Part shown: one piece after another, positions 13,901 through 28,900 of the stretch | How positions within the stretch are numbered: the stretch's first letter is position 1 | How the letters are laid out: each line of letters opens with the position of its first letter | NCBI GenBank assembly: GCA_050575255.1 | Contig: JBNZDD010013726.1 | Coordinates: 1,900,409-1,964,408, forward strand | DNA from: Harriotta raleighana | Lineage: Eukaryota | Reading direction: 5' to 3' | DNA length: 64,000 nt | The notes under the pieces: model-generated | Told to the model about the DNA's origin: nothing | Databases searched by the model: none | Seen by the model: the letters and a program-made list of their open reading frames with translations, nothing else | Program-made: the position numbers and the translations under genes

Positions 13901-16900
13901 AACTTTTTTTTAAGATAAATCAATTTTTCACTAGCATGCATTCTAAGGGGCAGATTAATCTGTATTTATCCTAATCGGCTGATTCATTGTTCGGTGTTCA
14001 GGTACTTGTTGGAGTGCGAGTGCTAGATATAAACGATAATGATCCAGTGCTCCGGAACCTCCCATTGAACTGCAGCGTCAGTGAGAATACAGCTGTGTCC
14101 ACATCCATCGCCAGAGTGCTGGCCACAGATGCAGACAGCGGTCGGAATGCTCTGCTGACCTTCAGTGTCACAGCTGGAAATGCGGAGAATGCCTTCTTCA
14201 TCAATGAAACGGTTAAGTTATTTATTTTTCAGCAGCATATCATTAATTCCTTGCGAAACATAATACTCTTGCTTGATCTTTCTGAATTTGCTTTTATTGC
14301 AAAGATTGCATGTATTACTTTTGCAGTGACATTATCATGATCTCGTTCAATTTTGACAGGGTTTTAAGCAGTTCTGTCAACTTCTTAGTAATATTGGGCA
14401 AAGAAATATCTAACTCCGGTTACTAAGCTTTCAATTTCATATGAGGATGGAAAAGAACTAGTGTTAGTCCTTATGTATCATTGTCAATATTTTGCATATT
14501 TTGTTCATGCATGTGATAACTGTTCTTTATCAGTATTACTTAAGCGGTTGAATACGCTTGAGCAAAATTTAAAGAGAAGTGGTAAAAGCACAACTGAACA
14601 AAATATAAAACAATAGTCAAGCTGGTTGGTCACAATCTTACATATTCCCACTTTATTTACCTAAGAAGCTTTAGTTCAGAAAGTAGAAGAAATACATAAA
14701 ATATAGTAGGTCTAATGTACTGGAGATTTAATACTCAACTCTATAGAGTTCTTGGTCTCAGGTAACAAGAACAACAAAAATACAATGTATAGCGCCTTTC
14801 ACATCAGGAGGACGTCCCAAGGTGCTGGACAATCATTGTTTCAGACCTGAGCTGGGGGCGGTGGGGGGAGGGAAGGGGGAATTAGGAGTTGCCAATGGGA
14901 CCATCAAAGAGAGTCTTGAGGCAAGACTTGAAGGAGGCCAGGTAAGCTGCAATGAGAAGACCCACATGAGAAGAAGTGCAATGGAAGCCCTTCTTCTAAT
15001 ATTTCCTTTCATGCATTTCCTCAACCATTCAGTCTTTTCATTCTCTTTTTTAAAAATGATTTTGTTTTTCATGAATCTCAAATGTTTTTATTTTTTTCCA
15101 ATGTTACTGGGAAGAGGTAGGAGGGTGGTGAGGAGTTGGGAAGAAGAACTTCTATTAGAATTGTGCATCCAGATTTTTTGTAAGTAGAAAGCTGTTCATG
15201 TGACATTCTCCTGTGATTTGCTCTGCAGAGCGGCATCGTCTATGTTAATAGGCCATTGGACAGGGAGCGGACGGCAGAGTATAGGCTCACGATCACAGTG
15301 AAGGACAATCCAGAGAACCCGAGACACGCTCGCAGAGTAATTATCTGAAATTCTTAAGCAGATGTACTATCGTTACAGATCTACACAGAGGGCCTTACCA
15401 TTCTATCAGCAACCAAATCCATTTACATTTGAGGTTAATTAAGAGATGCAATTAAGAGCATCACATTCTCATTGCACTCACATAACCAAAATTAGTGTAT
15501 GATGCAAGATGTACAAGATGTGATCAGGAACTATATTAAATGCAAAGATTATAATGATTATTATTATACACGGCTTCAGATCTACTTTCAGATCAAGTCT
15601 CAGGGTTTCATCACTAACCACCAATATAAATTTCCCACACAACGGGACATGGAACAAGAAACATAGATATTTGAAGACAGCAAATATAAATAGAATTAAT
15701 CTGCTTACTCATATTTTTGTAGTGCTCAAGGGCTTTATTTCTACTTCTCTATCCTGTACACAAAATGGCACAAAGCTTGGCAAATAACAATACAATACAG
15801 TAAAACCTTGTTTATCCGTGACTCGAATAACCGGAAAACCCGTTCAACCGCCATCTCAAAAAAGTCCAGATTCGATTAACATGAAGTTATCTGGTGAATA
15901 GTGATAACGCGTTTAATGTCAGGTCTAAACTCGCTCCTACTCCTTTCAAAAGTCGCGTTTTTTGTACCTCGTTCGGATGAGTGCTGCCGTTGCAAAGTTA
16001 AGTATACATAATAAATATGCTGCAGGTAGTGGCCAGAGAGAGAGAGGCAGGAAGGGAGCGGGGGTGCGAATGAAGAGATGGAGGTAACAGAGGGGTGGGG
16101 GGGGCGGAATGGGTGGAGAGATGGAGGTAAGGGAGAGAGAGAGAGAGAGGAGGAGGCGGGGGGAATGGAGGGATGGGAAAAAGAGAGAGAGAGAGATGGA
16201 GGAAAGCATAATGGAGCGAGAGAGAGAGTGATGCAGGCAGGTTGATGCAGAGAGAGAAAGAGGGAGGGGGGAATGGAGAGATGGAGGAAACGGAGAGAGG
16301 GGGTGGGGGGATGGAGAGATGAGGAAAGGGAGAGAGGTGGGGAAGATAGGGGGATGGAGAGATGGAGGAAAGTGAGAGAGAGAGGGGGGGAGGGAGGGAT
16401 GGAGAGATGGGGGAAAGAGAGAGAGAGATGGGGGAAAGCATAATGGAGCAAGAGAGAGAGNNGGGGATGTGGAGCAGACCAGAGCCAGAGGAACGGAGGG
16501 TACGGGCAGGTAGATAGGGGGATATTAGGTCGGAGAGGTAGGAGGGAGCAAGGCCGTGAATGGCCTTGTAGGTGAGGATGAGGATCTTGAAGTCGATCCT
16601 CTGGGGGATGGGGAGCCAGTGGAGACGGGCGAGGGTGGGAGTGATGTGCTGCTATTACGAAGTTAAGTATAAATAATAATGGTCTAATACAATATTCTGT
16701 TATTATATGGTCTATTGTTAAAATGGTATGCATTAAAATAATTTTAAATTTTTAAAAAATATATATATATTTTAAAACGTTTAAAACCCCGTTCAATCAG
16801 AAATCCGTTTAACCGCCACTGGCAAGGTCCCATGGGTGTCGGATAAACAAGGTTTTACTGTATTTATATTAAAAGCCTAAATAGTTGGAGCCATTGAAGA

Positions 16901-19900
16901 AAATATAAAAAATAGAATTTTTTTAAAAGGAGATGAATGTACGATATGTATATTGGAGAATTAAAGATATTATAGAATAAAATTTACAATGATAGGCCTT
17001 TTCCCATGGAGATGCTGCCTCAGAGTACTTCATGCTGCTGATTGAGCACAGGAGTCGGGGGAGAAGACAAAGAGGATGTTAAAAGATTTATCTAGAGCTA
17101 AGAAACTGTCAGAAAACTTCAATTGGTTACATATCTTCCTCCTGTTTCTATGACCTGGAAATAAATGTTAAGAATATTGGATTCATCAGCACAACACATA
17201 TACATTACAGGAATATTTGACTTGTCAATTGTATTTTCATATAGCAAATTGCTACAACTTTGAAATAATATAAAGTTAGCTTAGACCTACAAGCCCACTG
17301 TCCCAGCATTACAATGGATTGTTTGCCAAGACTCAAGTTCAAAGTCTTGACCACAAACTTAGTGATCCAAGGATCAGATGTTATTACCTGAGCCGCACTA
17401 CACATGAGCAGTTTCTCTAAATAAATGGTGTAAACACTCCAAACGCTCATTGCATTTCTGATTGAGGGTACATATTTCCATGCTCACATTTCACTGAGGC
17501 TTTACTGAACAGAAATCACATGGATCTCCTCAGGCACATAGGAAACTCACAGACTGTTCTTGTGCACTTTCTAAGTGGGGAGGACATCCCAAGGCGCTGG
17601 AGAAAGAAGTAAAACAAAACTTGAAAAAGAGTCTCACATCAACAATAATAAGAAAATGTGTTTTGATACAGTTCTTCTTATGACAAAACATCTCAACATA
17701 CTCCACATGTAATTGTCACCAATTTAGCATAAAGAAATAAATAATTTATCTGTGGGGAAGTGGTGCTCAGGACAAAAAAAAAACATTTTAAGGCATCCTA
17801 CTACTGCATCAGGTGGTTAAAGAAAACCGAGTGTACAGGCCCAAATTGGAGCTTGATTCAAACTCCAGAAGGCTACAATCTTCTGATTCTTACACAGAAA
17901 TACAATCTTCTAAATCAGGCAGGCAGTTTGAGTGTAAAAAAGGAGTTTGTAGAATAACGGAAGAATAATGGTAAAGTACACAATATATAAGTCTTTCATG
18001 AAATAGCAAATCAATATGAGCCATCTTTTATTGGGTTAGTAATGTGCTTCTCTTTTTGCTAGGACTCCGATTTTTTGATTATCTCCATCTCCGATGAAAA
18101 TGACAACAGGCCCATATTTACTCAACACACATATCAAGCTGAAATTCTTGAAAATTCTCGAGCAGGTAGGTGTGTGATTGAAAATAATGAAGAGCCTCGT
18201 CAAACAGTCTTGTCATTTTCCTTGAATGAAGCACTTTTTTTTACAGTTTTAGAAAAGAAAATACTTTGAGCTGTGACCTTGCAGACATGGATTTTAAAAG
18301 GTGATTATGTCATTTTTAGGTACACAAATTACCATGGTGAATGGACCAATTAAGGCCCACGATAGGGACAAAGGACCAAATGGTGTGGTGAGCTATCATT
18401 TGTTGGGTAACAGAACTGATTTCTTCACCATCGACAGAACAAGGGGTGAGTCACCCATATCCCTTGCCACTGGATGTCTTTGATTGCTTATGAATGGAGA
18501 AAAAGAAGTTGCATGGGAAGGTCATTTTGATATATCTGGAGATACTGTAGACGGTTTGGTATTTTGAAACGACTACTATGTTATGGGAAATTTTGCAGTT
18601 TTTCCCCCCCAAAAAAACTTCTGGGATGAATGTATGCTAAGAAATACACCCCCCAAATTTTACACACCCATAAGTGTCCAAACATTAAGATCCACATGTA
18701 AATTATTGTTTGGCTGTTTAAGACTTCCCCTTTGCTTTCTGTAAAATATTCTACATTGTGAGGCCCATTGACTGGAGGCTTCTGCTGGGGATTTTTTTTT
18801 TTAGATTTTTTCATCTGCACAAGTGGAAGTTGTTCCCGCTTGACACAACACCATAACGAATCAGCCATAATTACCTGCTTATTTACTTTGTTGATCAGAT
18901 TAAATGGTATATTCACTATATTCACTTTTAGCTCCTTTGAGTGGCTATTTTTGGTGACAGAAATATATTTATTCCGATCCAGGCAGCACTTGGCTTCAAC
19001 AAAAATTTCAAGAGACAGTTTAAGGAGCGTTAGTTTATGAGGAGTCACAGATTTACTGCTAATTCAAAAATCCACATTGGTTGTAGATTCTCATGATATA
19101 TCAATGCCTTGCTCTCAAACAATAGCAGGCATGTTCACGTGTATACTTTTCATCCATTCCACACAGAAATTTAATTCTATATCTCAACCAAAGCAGTTAA
19201 AGGGTTAGTGAGGGAGATGTGAATGATATTGAATATGCTAATTAATCCTGGCCAATTTTTTAACCAAACAAAACATAAAACATTTGACAGCAGTAAAAGA
19301 AAAGCAGCACTCAATCTCCATCCTCCAGCCTGTAATTTGTTATTCCTCTTAACTGGCAGAAACCAGAAGATTTTCTGTAGTATCTTTAATTGGGGGATCA
19401 TAAGTGGAAAAATGTTGTGGGAAAGTGTAACAGCATTTTAGAGTGAGCAGAATGGTGATTATGGCCTTGTCACCTGCTTGTACAGATTAAGAACCCTTTG
19501 TCATTATTGCACAGCTTCCTTAAATTGTAGTATTGCTTCACGGCTTGTTCAAATAGATCCACAACTGCTGGGAATATGTGAAAAACGTGACAGTCTTCGT
19601 GAGAAATAGTGTTAGCTCAATGCAGGACGTTGCAGGCTTACTTAAGCAAAGACGTGTGATGGTGTAATCTAATATCCATTTCGCAAGAATAGATCCAAAG
19701 GATTCTGTGCAAAGTGACAGTTTTGCAGTGACATTTTGGTACTAAGTAAAAGCATCAAATGAAGTTTTTTTTTCTCTGATTTTCACTCTTCCTCCTCGTG
19801 AAGCTACTCATTCTTGCTATAAATGTAGTATCACAGGAATGGGCTATCCTTTAGTACCTAATCCAAGAGCCCATTCTTTGTGCAGATTTCCATAAATAGC

Positions 19901-22900
19901 AAGGTATCTAGAAGACGTGAAAAGCACTATATCAAATGCAAGGATTATTATAATGCTAATATGTCAGTCATCTCAGGAACATAACAGTCCTGCAAGGTCC
20001 GGTGACTTCCAAATACTTTTGGGTGACTGAATATTCTTTCTTACTCAATGGCTTTCAAATCTCCAGATAAATACTAACCAGCAAGTCTCACAAACATTGC
20101 TTCTTTCAAAGAAAGAACAATTACATAGGATTGAGTCTTCATCTGGGAACTGGTTTGATGGAGGAGAGATCTGAATTAATAAGCTTTTTTATATTAAAAA
20201 AGTATAGGTCTGAAAACTAAGCATACGTATTTTAAATTTTGACATATTTTCATTTGCACACTATCTTCTCTATATGTTTTCCCCATTTAGAATTAAATGG
20301 CAAACAAATGAGTTGACTTTTTGTCTTTGAAAATTTATTCCAGGTACAGTTTCTGTGCGACAAGGAAAGATCATCGACCGGGAAATATTGGCCAGTGCAC
20401 AGCTGGTGTTCACATTGATAGCAGAAGACGTCGGCCAGTTGAAGAGTGCAGCTAGACTTGTTGTAACCATTTTAGATGAAAATGACAACATACCGGTATT
20501 TAGTCCTCCCACGCTGACAGTCAGTCTTCCAGAGAACAGCCCATCAGGTACAATAGGTTATTATAGGGTTTTCAAAACCTATTAGACAGCATCAAAACCT
20601 TTTTCCTGTTTTGGGCTGGTGACCAAATATCTTAGAACAGCAGCATGTTATAAATTTCCCCAATCACTAAGTGCCAAGCAACATTGTTGTTTGTTACTAA
20701 GTTAAAGAAAGAACATTGTTGTGAATCGGAGGGGAAACAATCATACATTTGTCCAAATTTGGATACTGTGTGAGAGAGGTGTAGGTGAGTAGCTGAATGA
20801 ATTTATTCAGGAATAAATTGGGTTTAGATTCTTACACAGGTCTTTCAGGTCCCTTTTTTCATATCCTGCCACCTCCCATTTATCTTTCCTTGCACTCCTC
20901 CCTCCCCTTTGCTTTCTGTTCTAGTTCATTTTACATTGCTCCCTGATGTGAACGGTGAGACGCCATATTCACCGACAGAGCTCTCAGCAACATTGACGTG
21001 ACAGACCACAACACCCAAGGTACCATCTCTCCGACTAGAACCTTGACATTGAACATCCCTAAAACAACAGTTTAAAAAGTCATTTTTTTGCACCAAAAGC
21101 ATTAAACACTGAAGTTCCGAGCTTTTTCTTATCAGGAGAGTTCCAGGCTTGATTCTTGTTCTGATCTCAGCATAAAGCAGTGGGCATGATTGGCATCCAG
21201 AAGTATCACTTAGATAATCAGAAGAGAGCTGCTGACACCCATTGAATTTTATCCTTTCACAATTCAGAAGGGCAAAAAAAAAACATGTTTTCTCTCTTTG
21301 TCTCTTTGCCTCTTGACTCTCTGGGGTACAGTACATTGTTTTTGGCCAAAAGACTGGGCACGTGATCTGTTTCCATATCTGCAGTGTGTCTAGGAGACAA
21401 TGAAGTGAGGCTCAGGTTTTCACTCAAGATTTTCCTTCGTTGTGGTTCTGTGGCAGAATCTTCTTAAGACAGTATGCCTTTGGACAATAATTCAGCATGT
21501 AGAGGAAGACTGCCTTAAACCTACATCCCACTACATCCTGGCACTGTATGTTTGGACTCCCAATGACCTGCAATGTTCTACCACTAAATATTTCTAAACT
21601 TCTAAAATACCTGAATGCAAGCTGGAAGAAAATAGAGACTCTCAGCAGAAAAGTAGAATTACATTCTCTTTTTAAATATTGTTAGTTAAAACTATTTAAT
21701 GTCAAGATTCTGATAGAATCTTCTAACACTTTCTAGTCTGAGAAGTCAGATGCATTGCTGTACTTTTGTGTTGTAGGTTTTAGTGTCGTCCAGGTAAAAG
21801 CAACAGATGCAGATATTGGTTCCAATCAACAACTGAGCTACCGTATAGAGGGAGGAGCCCAAGATAAGTTTATCATTGACCTCCTCACTGGAGTTATCAA
21901 AGTGGCCAATGGAGTAACAGTAGACCGAGAGGAAAGGGAATCATATACACTTATTGTTATAGCGATGGACCGTGGGATCCCATCATTGTCAGCAAGTGCC
22001 ACCGTGAATATTGTAATTGATGATGTCAACGACTACAGACCTGACTTTATAAACCCTATCCAGACTGTTAGTGTCAGTGAATCAGCTGCAATTGGTACCA
22101 TCGTAGCAAATGTTACAGCTATTGATCAGGACCTCCGACCCCGACTGGAATATTACATCATTGAGCTTGTTGCTAAGGATGACACTGATGCAGTAATACA
22201 AGACCAGCAAAGGGCATTTGGAATCAATTTTGAAACAGGTAAAGCTTAACTTAGGCACAATAAACAAATTGTAAAGATTGTCCAAGACATTTTTACTTTG
22301 AATTAAGTATCACTGTGTTAGACTTGTGCTAATAAAGACTCAATAATAGCAATATAAATGGTAGCAAGTAAGATGCTTGTGCTACTGTTACTATGTGATT
22401 TTTACACAGACCTAACTAGAGCAGCAGTTATTTTCAATTTACATTACGTCAGTCCTGTTCAATTGGATAAAAGTGCAATATGAAGGCCTTCATTTAGTAT
22501 GACTCCATAAGCAGGAATTATCCATAATTCAGCACTAATTGTAATTTGGACCTAAGCAAAGATACAAGGACAACACCCTGCAACTCTGGTGCAGTAGTTT
22601 CCAATTCTCCAACAAGCTGTGCCACTTGCTCCAAACTATTTGCACCCCACAGTAAATTAGTTCTCATAACACACAGAGATTGCCAATTGTACTCAGTCAC
22701 AGAATTGGAAAAAGAAAGCTTGAGGTGAAACGTGCCCTGTTTACTATGGATTGATGAGGTTAAATCATTAATCTGTCATCGTAAGAATCAGCACACGTCA
22801 AAGACCTGGCCATGAGTTCAGTGCCAACAGCTATTGTCAGCAGAAGCACTAACTTAATAGCTAAATAAAAACAAGCATGTTACCACGCGTTATTTTTCAA

Positions 22901-25900
22901 ATTACCTTTGAGTGATTTCAAGGTGTAATCTAATCTCAAGAACTAAGCAAAAAAGTTATAAACACTCTAGTTTCACTCTAAAGTTTTATAGCAAACCCTG
23001 AACAACTAGATTATATTACCATGTTGGAAAGATGCAGCAAAAGCAAAGGTTCTGAGGAATCATGTTATATGGAGAGTGTATTTGACAGCAAAAAGGGTCA
23101 TTTTTAAGCAGGTGATTTAAATTGGGAAACAATGATTGATGGAGTCCCAATGGGATCTATTCCAGAGATCTGCTGCCATAATGAATGTTCATTATTGGAC
23201 TTATTAAGGATTTTAAGATGAATGATAATGTATGGGTGGAGGGGGTGAAAAGCTGGAAATGTTAATGAGTTTACTAAGCCTTGATGCCCAGATTTGTCTT
23301 TAACATTCAGTATTGTTAAATAAATGTAGTATAATGCATATGTGTGCTAAAACTATTAATTGTAATTGCAAATAAAGGTTACTGAGCTTACAGTAAGCAA
23401 AGCAAATGAAAGATAGGCAAAATACCTAATCATCCATTGAAAATTTCCCCACCATGCAAGGCAGTAAAGTTTATAGTTTAAAATTGAAGCAAATAGTTTC
23501 AAATAACATTTAACTCTAAAATGCTGGGGTCTCTGTTGCAGCATTATTTACAGTTCTGGAAAGAGTACAAAAGGATAATTTGGGGATTTGGATTGAGAGC
23601 ATAGTGTTATGAGGAAAGAGAAATGATCTTTGCCAAGTAACAAAACTTGTCTGTCGGATGCTGGGCACAAGCTGGTATTTTGCATTGTTCAGAGATTATT
23701 TGAACAAGGAATGTTGGTTTTGACACCAAATAAAATCAACTGCTTTACTTCAAATTAGATGGAGGCATAAACATCCACCAGAACGGGCAGGTGGGACCTA
23801 CGTTTTATATATTATCTAAAGGACAATACCTTAGGCAATCCCTAAGTTCTTCATTACAGTGTCAACATAAACCGTGACCTCCAAACTGATGTACATCATG
23901 AACCAACAACCAAATGACTAAGAGGCTAAGTTTTACCAATTTAGCTAAACTGACAAAGGAACTTAACCTAGAATGGCCCACTTCCATTTCGCCCATTTGA
24001 GTACAATCTCATTTCACCCCACTACCCCTTTTATTATCTTTCAGTTATAATAAAAGTGATACAACATGCATGCTATCATTCTCCCTACCTCACTACAAGT
24101 ATCCTCTGGTAATCTGGTAAGGAAAAAGGATCTGTAGTTCTTTTGTGGAAAAATCTAATAGTTTTAAGAGTATTCCCCATTATCTGTGCCAAACAACAAC
24201 AACAACAACTTTGATTTATATAGTGCCCTCCACGCCGGATGGCGTCTCAGAGCGCTTATCAAAGGATTGCATACCCCCAATAATGGTTCTGTCTGGTATC
24301 TGGTAGTCAATTAGGGAAAGTGAGAAAGAAGTTTTCATTGCGATAAAGAGCTACTCAATGATATAATTGCTTAAAGCATTGGTGGTTTTTATCCATGTGT
24401 ATCAGTGCAGGAAAAACTATTTGTTAACTATGTGGATCCGCCTCACCAACACTGCAAAGCAAGAATAAGAACTACTATAATGTCATTTGCAGTCTTTAAA
24501 TGGAATGCTTTATCTTGTGTTATTTCATAAGATGTTCACCAATAGACCAGATAATCAAAGTCACAGAACATGTTGTGCTATTTCCTATTATTTTGTTCCC
24601 CTCTTTGTTGTGGTCTCCCCGATCTGGGAACATTCTGACTACAGGATCTATGAATATTATAATTAACTAAGTACAATATTATTCCACACTGGGGAATGAT
24701 CTATGTCGAATAACGAACCAGCCTATAGGATGCTGGATACAAGATGGTATTTTGCATTGTTTGTCCCCATTCAATAATAGTAAACACCATACTGTGGACC
24801 TTCTACTATTGTTTTGATTTTGTCCAGGAGCTGTGTTTGTAAGAAGTTCTTTGAACCGGGAGATGGTCTCTTCTTATGAAATAACTATCTCGGTGCACGA
24901 CAATGCTAGTGATGTGATTGATCATTCTGTCAGTGTTCCCAATGGTAAGCTTTTCACGCTCTCTTTAAAAGGTGGGCTTTTTTTTGAACAGTTGAAGTAG
25001 CATGATTGTGCAGTTCTTACATTGGTATATATCTGTTTAGATGTGAGTTTATTTATTTTGTGGTGAGGTCCCACAAGGGATGCACAAGAATATCCACCAT
25101 GATTTTCCCTCCAATTTCCCACTCTTAATAAAGCAAATGAGCTCACCTTAAGTGGTGAAAAAAACCATTAGCCAGAGCGTAATCTAAAACAAGACCTTTC
25201 TTCAAATCAACGTTTGTGTGTTTTCATTTTATGAATCTTATTAGTTTTAAGTTGCATTTGTATCCCACATGAGGACACGCTGTCCTACATTTTTCTGAAT
25301 CCAAGAAGTTTTTTAAATAATCTGAAATCTCACAATCCATTGAGTGAAGAAATGGATTGCAGTGCACCATTGGATTGCAATGAACCATACCAGAAATGTT
25401 AGTTTGACTCCCCTGTGTCTCTGACATCTCAATCTCAGCTGTATGAAGTGAGGCAAAAAAGGTTGATAACTGAATCTTTTGTTGTGAAAGCTAATTAACA
25501 TTGGTGTGGGAACAGGGGGATAGCTTGCCTTCTTGACCATATGTAGAAGACACTTGATTCATTTTTTAAAAATAGCTTGATGTGATGGGGGAACAGAAGG
25601 GTGGGTGTTCTGGAGCGATGAGATTGGATGGAAGAAAATTAAAGAATTTGATACAGTAGTCCCCGGTTTATTTAAACAAAAGTCAATCATCTAACTCTTT
25701 CTTCGTGATGTTTTAGCTAAACTCACAGTGAATGTTCAGGATGTCAATGATAATGCACCCCAGTTCAGACCATTTGGGGTGTCAGCTTTCACTGAACGAA
25801 TACTAGAAGGGGCAACAGCTGGGACAACGCTCATCTCCGTAACAGCAGTAGATTCTGACAGAGGGATCAATGGACGCATCGTGTACGAGCTTCTAAACCT

Positions 25901-28900
25901 TCCACCTGGAGGTTATATCCGACTGGAGGATCCTGCAGCTGGTATGTTGTGGGGAATTGTAAATATATAATAAATGTTAGATTTTATGCTGCCTTCATAG
26001 CGTTGTCCTGCCACCTCCACAGCCAGTGTGTTCTGATGGGCAAACATTTATTTGGAAATAGAAACGATGTGGTTATTTCATCATGTTGATGTTGCATACA
26101 GTGATGTGATCAATGAAATTCATGTTAAGACTTGACAATGTTCGGGCAACATATTGTGGTTGGAAAGCCACAAACACAATGATGTAATTCTGTCGAGCAG
26201 CTTTTCTGTCCGTCTGTCCATGATAATCAGGTTTTGCAAATTCCAATGTGAAAGTTGCTATATCAACTGTGAGGTTTATTATTCAAGTGGAATCATACGA
26301 CTGCTAGACTTTCCCTGCTACAGTGGATATGCAGTGCATGGTATTAACAAAAACACAATCAGACCACAGCCACATGTCTTGTTCAGCTAATCATTAGCAA
26401 AGCAGAGCTGAATTTGGCAAAGTAACTGTAAAGCTGATTAATTCACTTTGAAAGCATTTTCTCTTTTCACCCTCCTCTCCCCACAGGGAAAATTATCGCA
26501 AATAGGACAGTGGATTATGAAGAGGTCCACTGGCTGAACTTCACAGTTCGAGCTGTGGATCATGGAACGCCACCTCGATCCATGCAGGTTCCCATCCATT
26601 TACAGATTGTGGACATCAATGATAACAACCCTGTCTTCGTTCAGTCCTCCTACCAGGTCACTATGTGGTTAATTGGCTCTGTTGCAAAGTGTGAATGGAT
26701 GATGTGGGGGTGGACAAAATAGCTCAATGTTAATTGCCTCTTGGATTCTGATGTACAGCCTCTGCCTGTTACAGTTTGCTAATGGCAATCTTCCAAGTGC
26801 AACTGAATTCGAAGTACACAGCTTTTTAATTTTTTGTTGGATAAGCCAAGCCATGAAACATTTGGAAACACATGCATCGTAGTAACCAAGAGAATTCCAT
26901 GTATTCTGTGTGCACACGGAAATTCCAGAGATAGATTGTTGGAATGGAAGGAACGCACTCTCTTCTTGGAGGGATGCATCCTGCATCTGTAATTATGGAA
27001 AGAATTATGTATAGGTTGGTGAGACTCAAGGCTTGGGGATCCCAGGGTATGCATTGGAGTACTGCTGGAGTCTAACCAGGTAAAAACAACAAACCCCATT
27101 TATGCCTACAAAATACTGTATTTTGTATGGTATACTGGACATATATAGAAATACTGTATACTGTACATAAGTCGCTGTACTTGTGTTTAAATTCTGTGAA
27201 AAGCTTTGAGAACTTTCAATGATGTGATAAGGCACTGAGCTGCAGTGGAGTCCTCTATCTCAGTGGTTATAGCACTTGCCTTGCAAGCGAGAGACCTGGG
27301 TTCGATTCCCGGCAGACAAAACTTTGGGCAAGTTTTCTTGCACCACATGCCTGATGATAATCATAGAATTATACGACACAAAAGGAGGCCATTCGGCCCA
27401 TCTAGTCTGCGCCGGCTCTTTGAACAGAGCAACTCAATCTTACTGCCCAGCTTTCTCCCCTAATCTCCGCACTTCCTAAATAAAGATCTAGTTCCCTTTT
27501 AAAAGCTGTTATGGAATCTGCCTCCACCACCTTTTCAAGCAATGCATTTCAGATTCGAACAACCCGCTGAGTAAAACAATTTATCCTCAGCTCCCCTCTG
27601 CTTCGTTTTGAAACTATTTTAAATCTGTGACCACGAGTCACTGATTCGCCCACCAGTGGAAACAGTCTTAATCCCTCAAGAAAAAAAATTAATTGGTCTC
27701 TTCAATCCACAACTGTTTATGGTTAATTGACTGCTGCCTTTTGCCCACAAAATGATATTATTTTACAGTATAGTCTGTGAAGCACTTTGAGATGTCGAGA
27801 AGACATAAACGTGCTATATCAAATGCAAGGATTATTATTTTTTATGATTATATCAAACACAAGAATTGTTATATTACTATATAATGTGTATCCGCTGTAG
27901 GAAGCAGAGGCATTTCAACATCAGATTTGTTTACTAAATAAGTTTTATCATGACTATATACAGAAGCCTGTGTTTGAAGATGTCTCCTTAGGAACAGTGA
28001 TTATCCAAGTCAGTGCCACCGATGCAGATTACGGCAGTTTTGCATTGATTGAATACAGCCTTGTGGATGGGGAGGGAAGGTTTGGAATAAATCCCACAAC
28101 GGTAAGTTTTAGAAGCATAAATATGAATCCAGGTAAAATTAATCATCAAAACGCTTCAGTTAAACTGTTTCCCATTTTCTTGGCAGCAGAGTGAAATAAG
28201 GCTATTTGGTTTTGTTTCATAAATCATAGAATCATAGAGTTATACCATTCTGTCCATTGTGCCTGCACCAGCTCCAAAAAGAGCAATCCAACTCAATCCC
28301 ACTGCCCGTTTTCTCTCCATAGCCCTGCAATCTTGTCCTCCCCAAATACCCACCTAAATGAATCCACTCATTGAAAATTATCAATTATTTTCGACCCTTT
28401 GGCCTCCACATTAGGGTTAGCCTCCCCCATGTTATGTACCTTCAGTGCCCAAAAGTTAGCCTGGGGACTTTTACTCGAGCATTGCCAATACTCTTTGACA
28501 CTCTCAGCTCCAGCTGTTTCGTCAGTGGTATAATTCAGTTTGAATTTTCCTGACCCTCTTTAGAACTGATGATAATTCTTCAGCCAAGTGAACATGGAAC
28601 TGATCTGTTCCAAGTGTTCTGCCAAAGCAAACTCCTAAGAGGTGTGAAGGATAGTAATTTGGAGTGACAGAGCTCCTTCTACTCTCATTGAATCTCTCTC
28701 ATTTGCACTGCAGAGAGGTTGTTGGATAATTTCAGTCGGTCATCCATGGACTGTTTGCCTGCAACTGAATACTTTAATTCACTGTAATATATTTGGTACA
28801 TCAACAGATAAGTATATATTTCAATGACACAATCATCTTTTAAAATACAATGTTCAATTATTATTATAACAAATATATGATAATTTTGCGGCAAATATAA

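Noticed and set aside
15876-16733. 285-aa minus-strand ORF, the longest in the track
   Set aside because: It is a translation of a CT-rich low-complexity tract, an L2 fragment and MITE sequence, not a gene.
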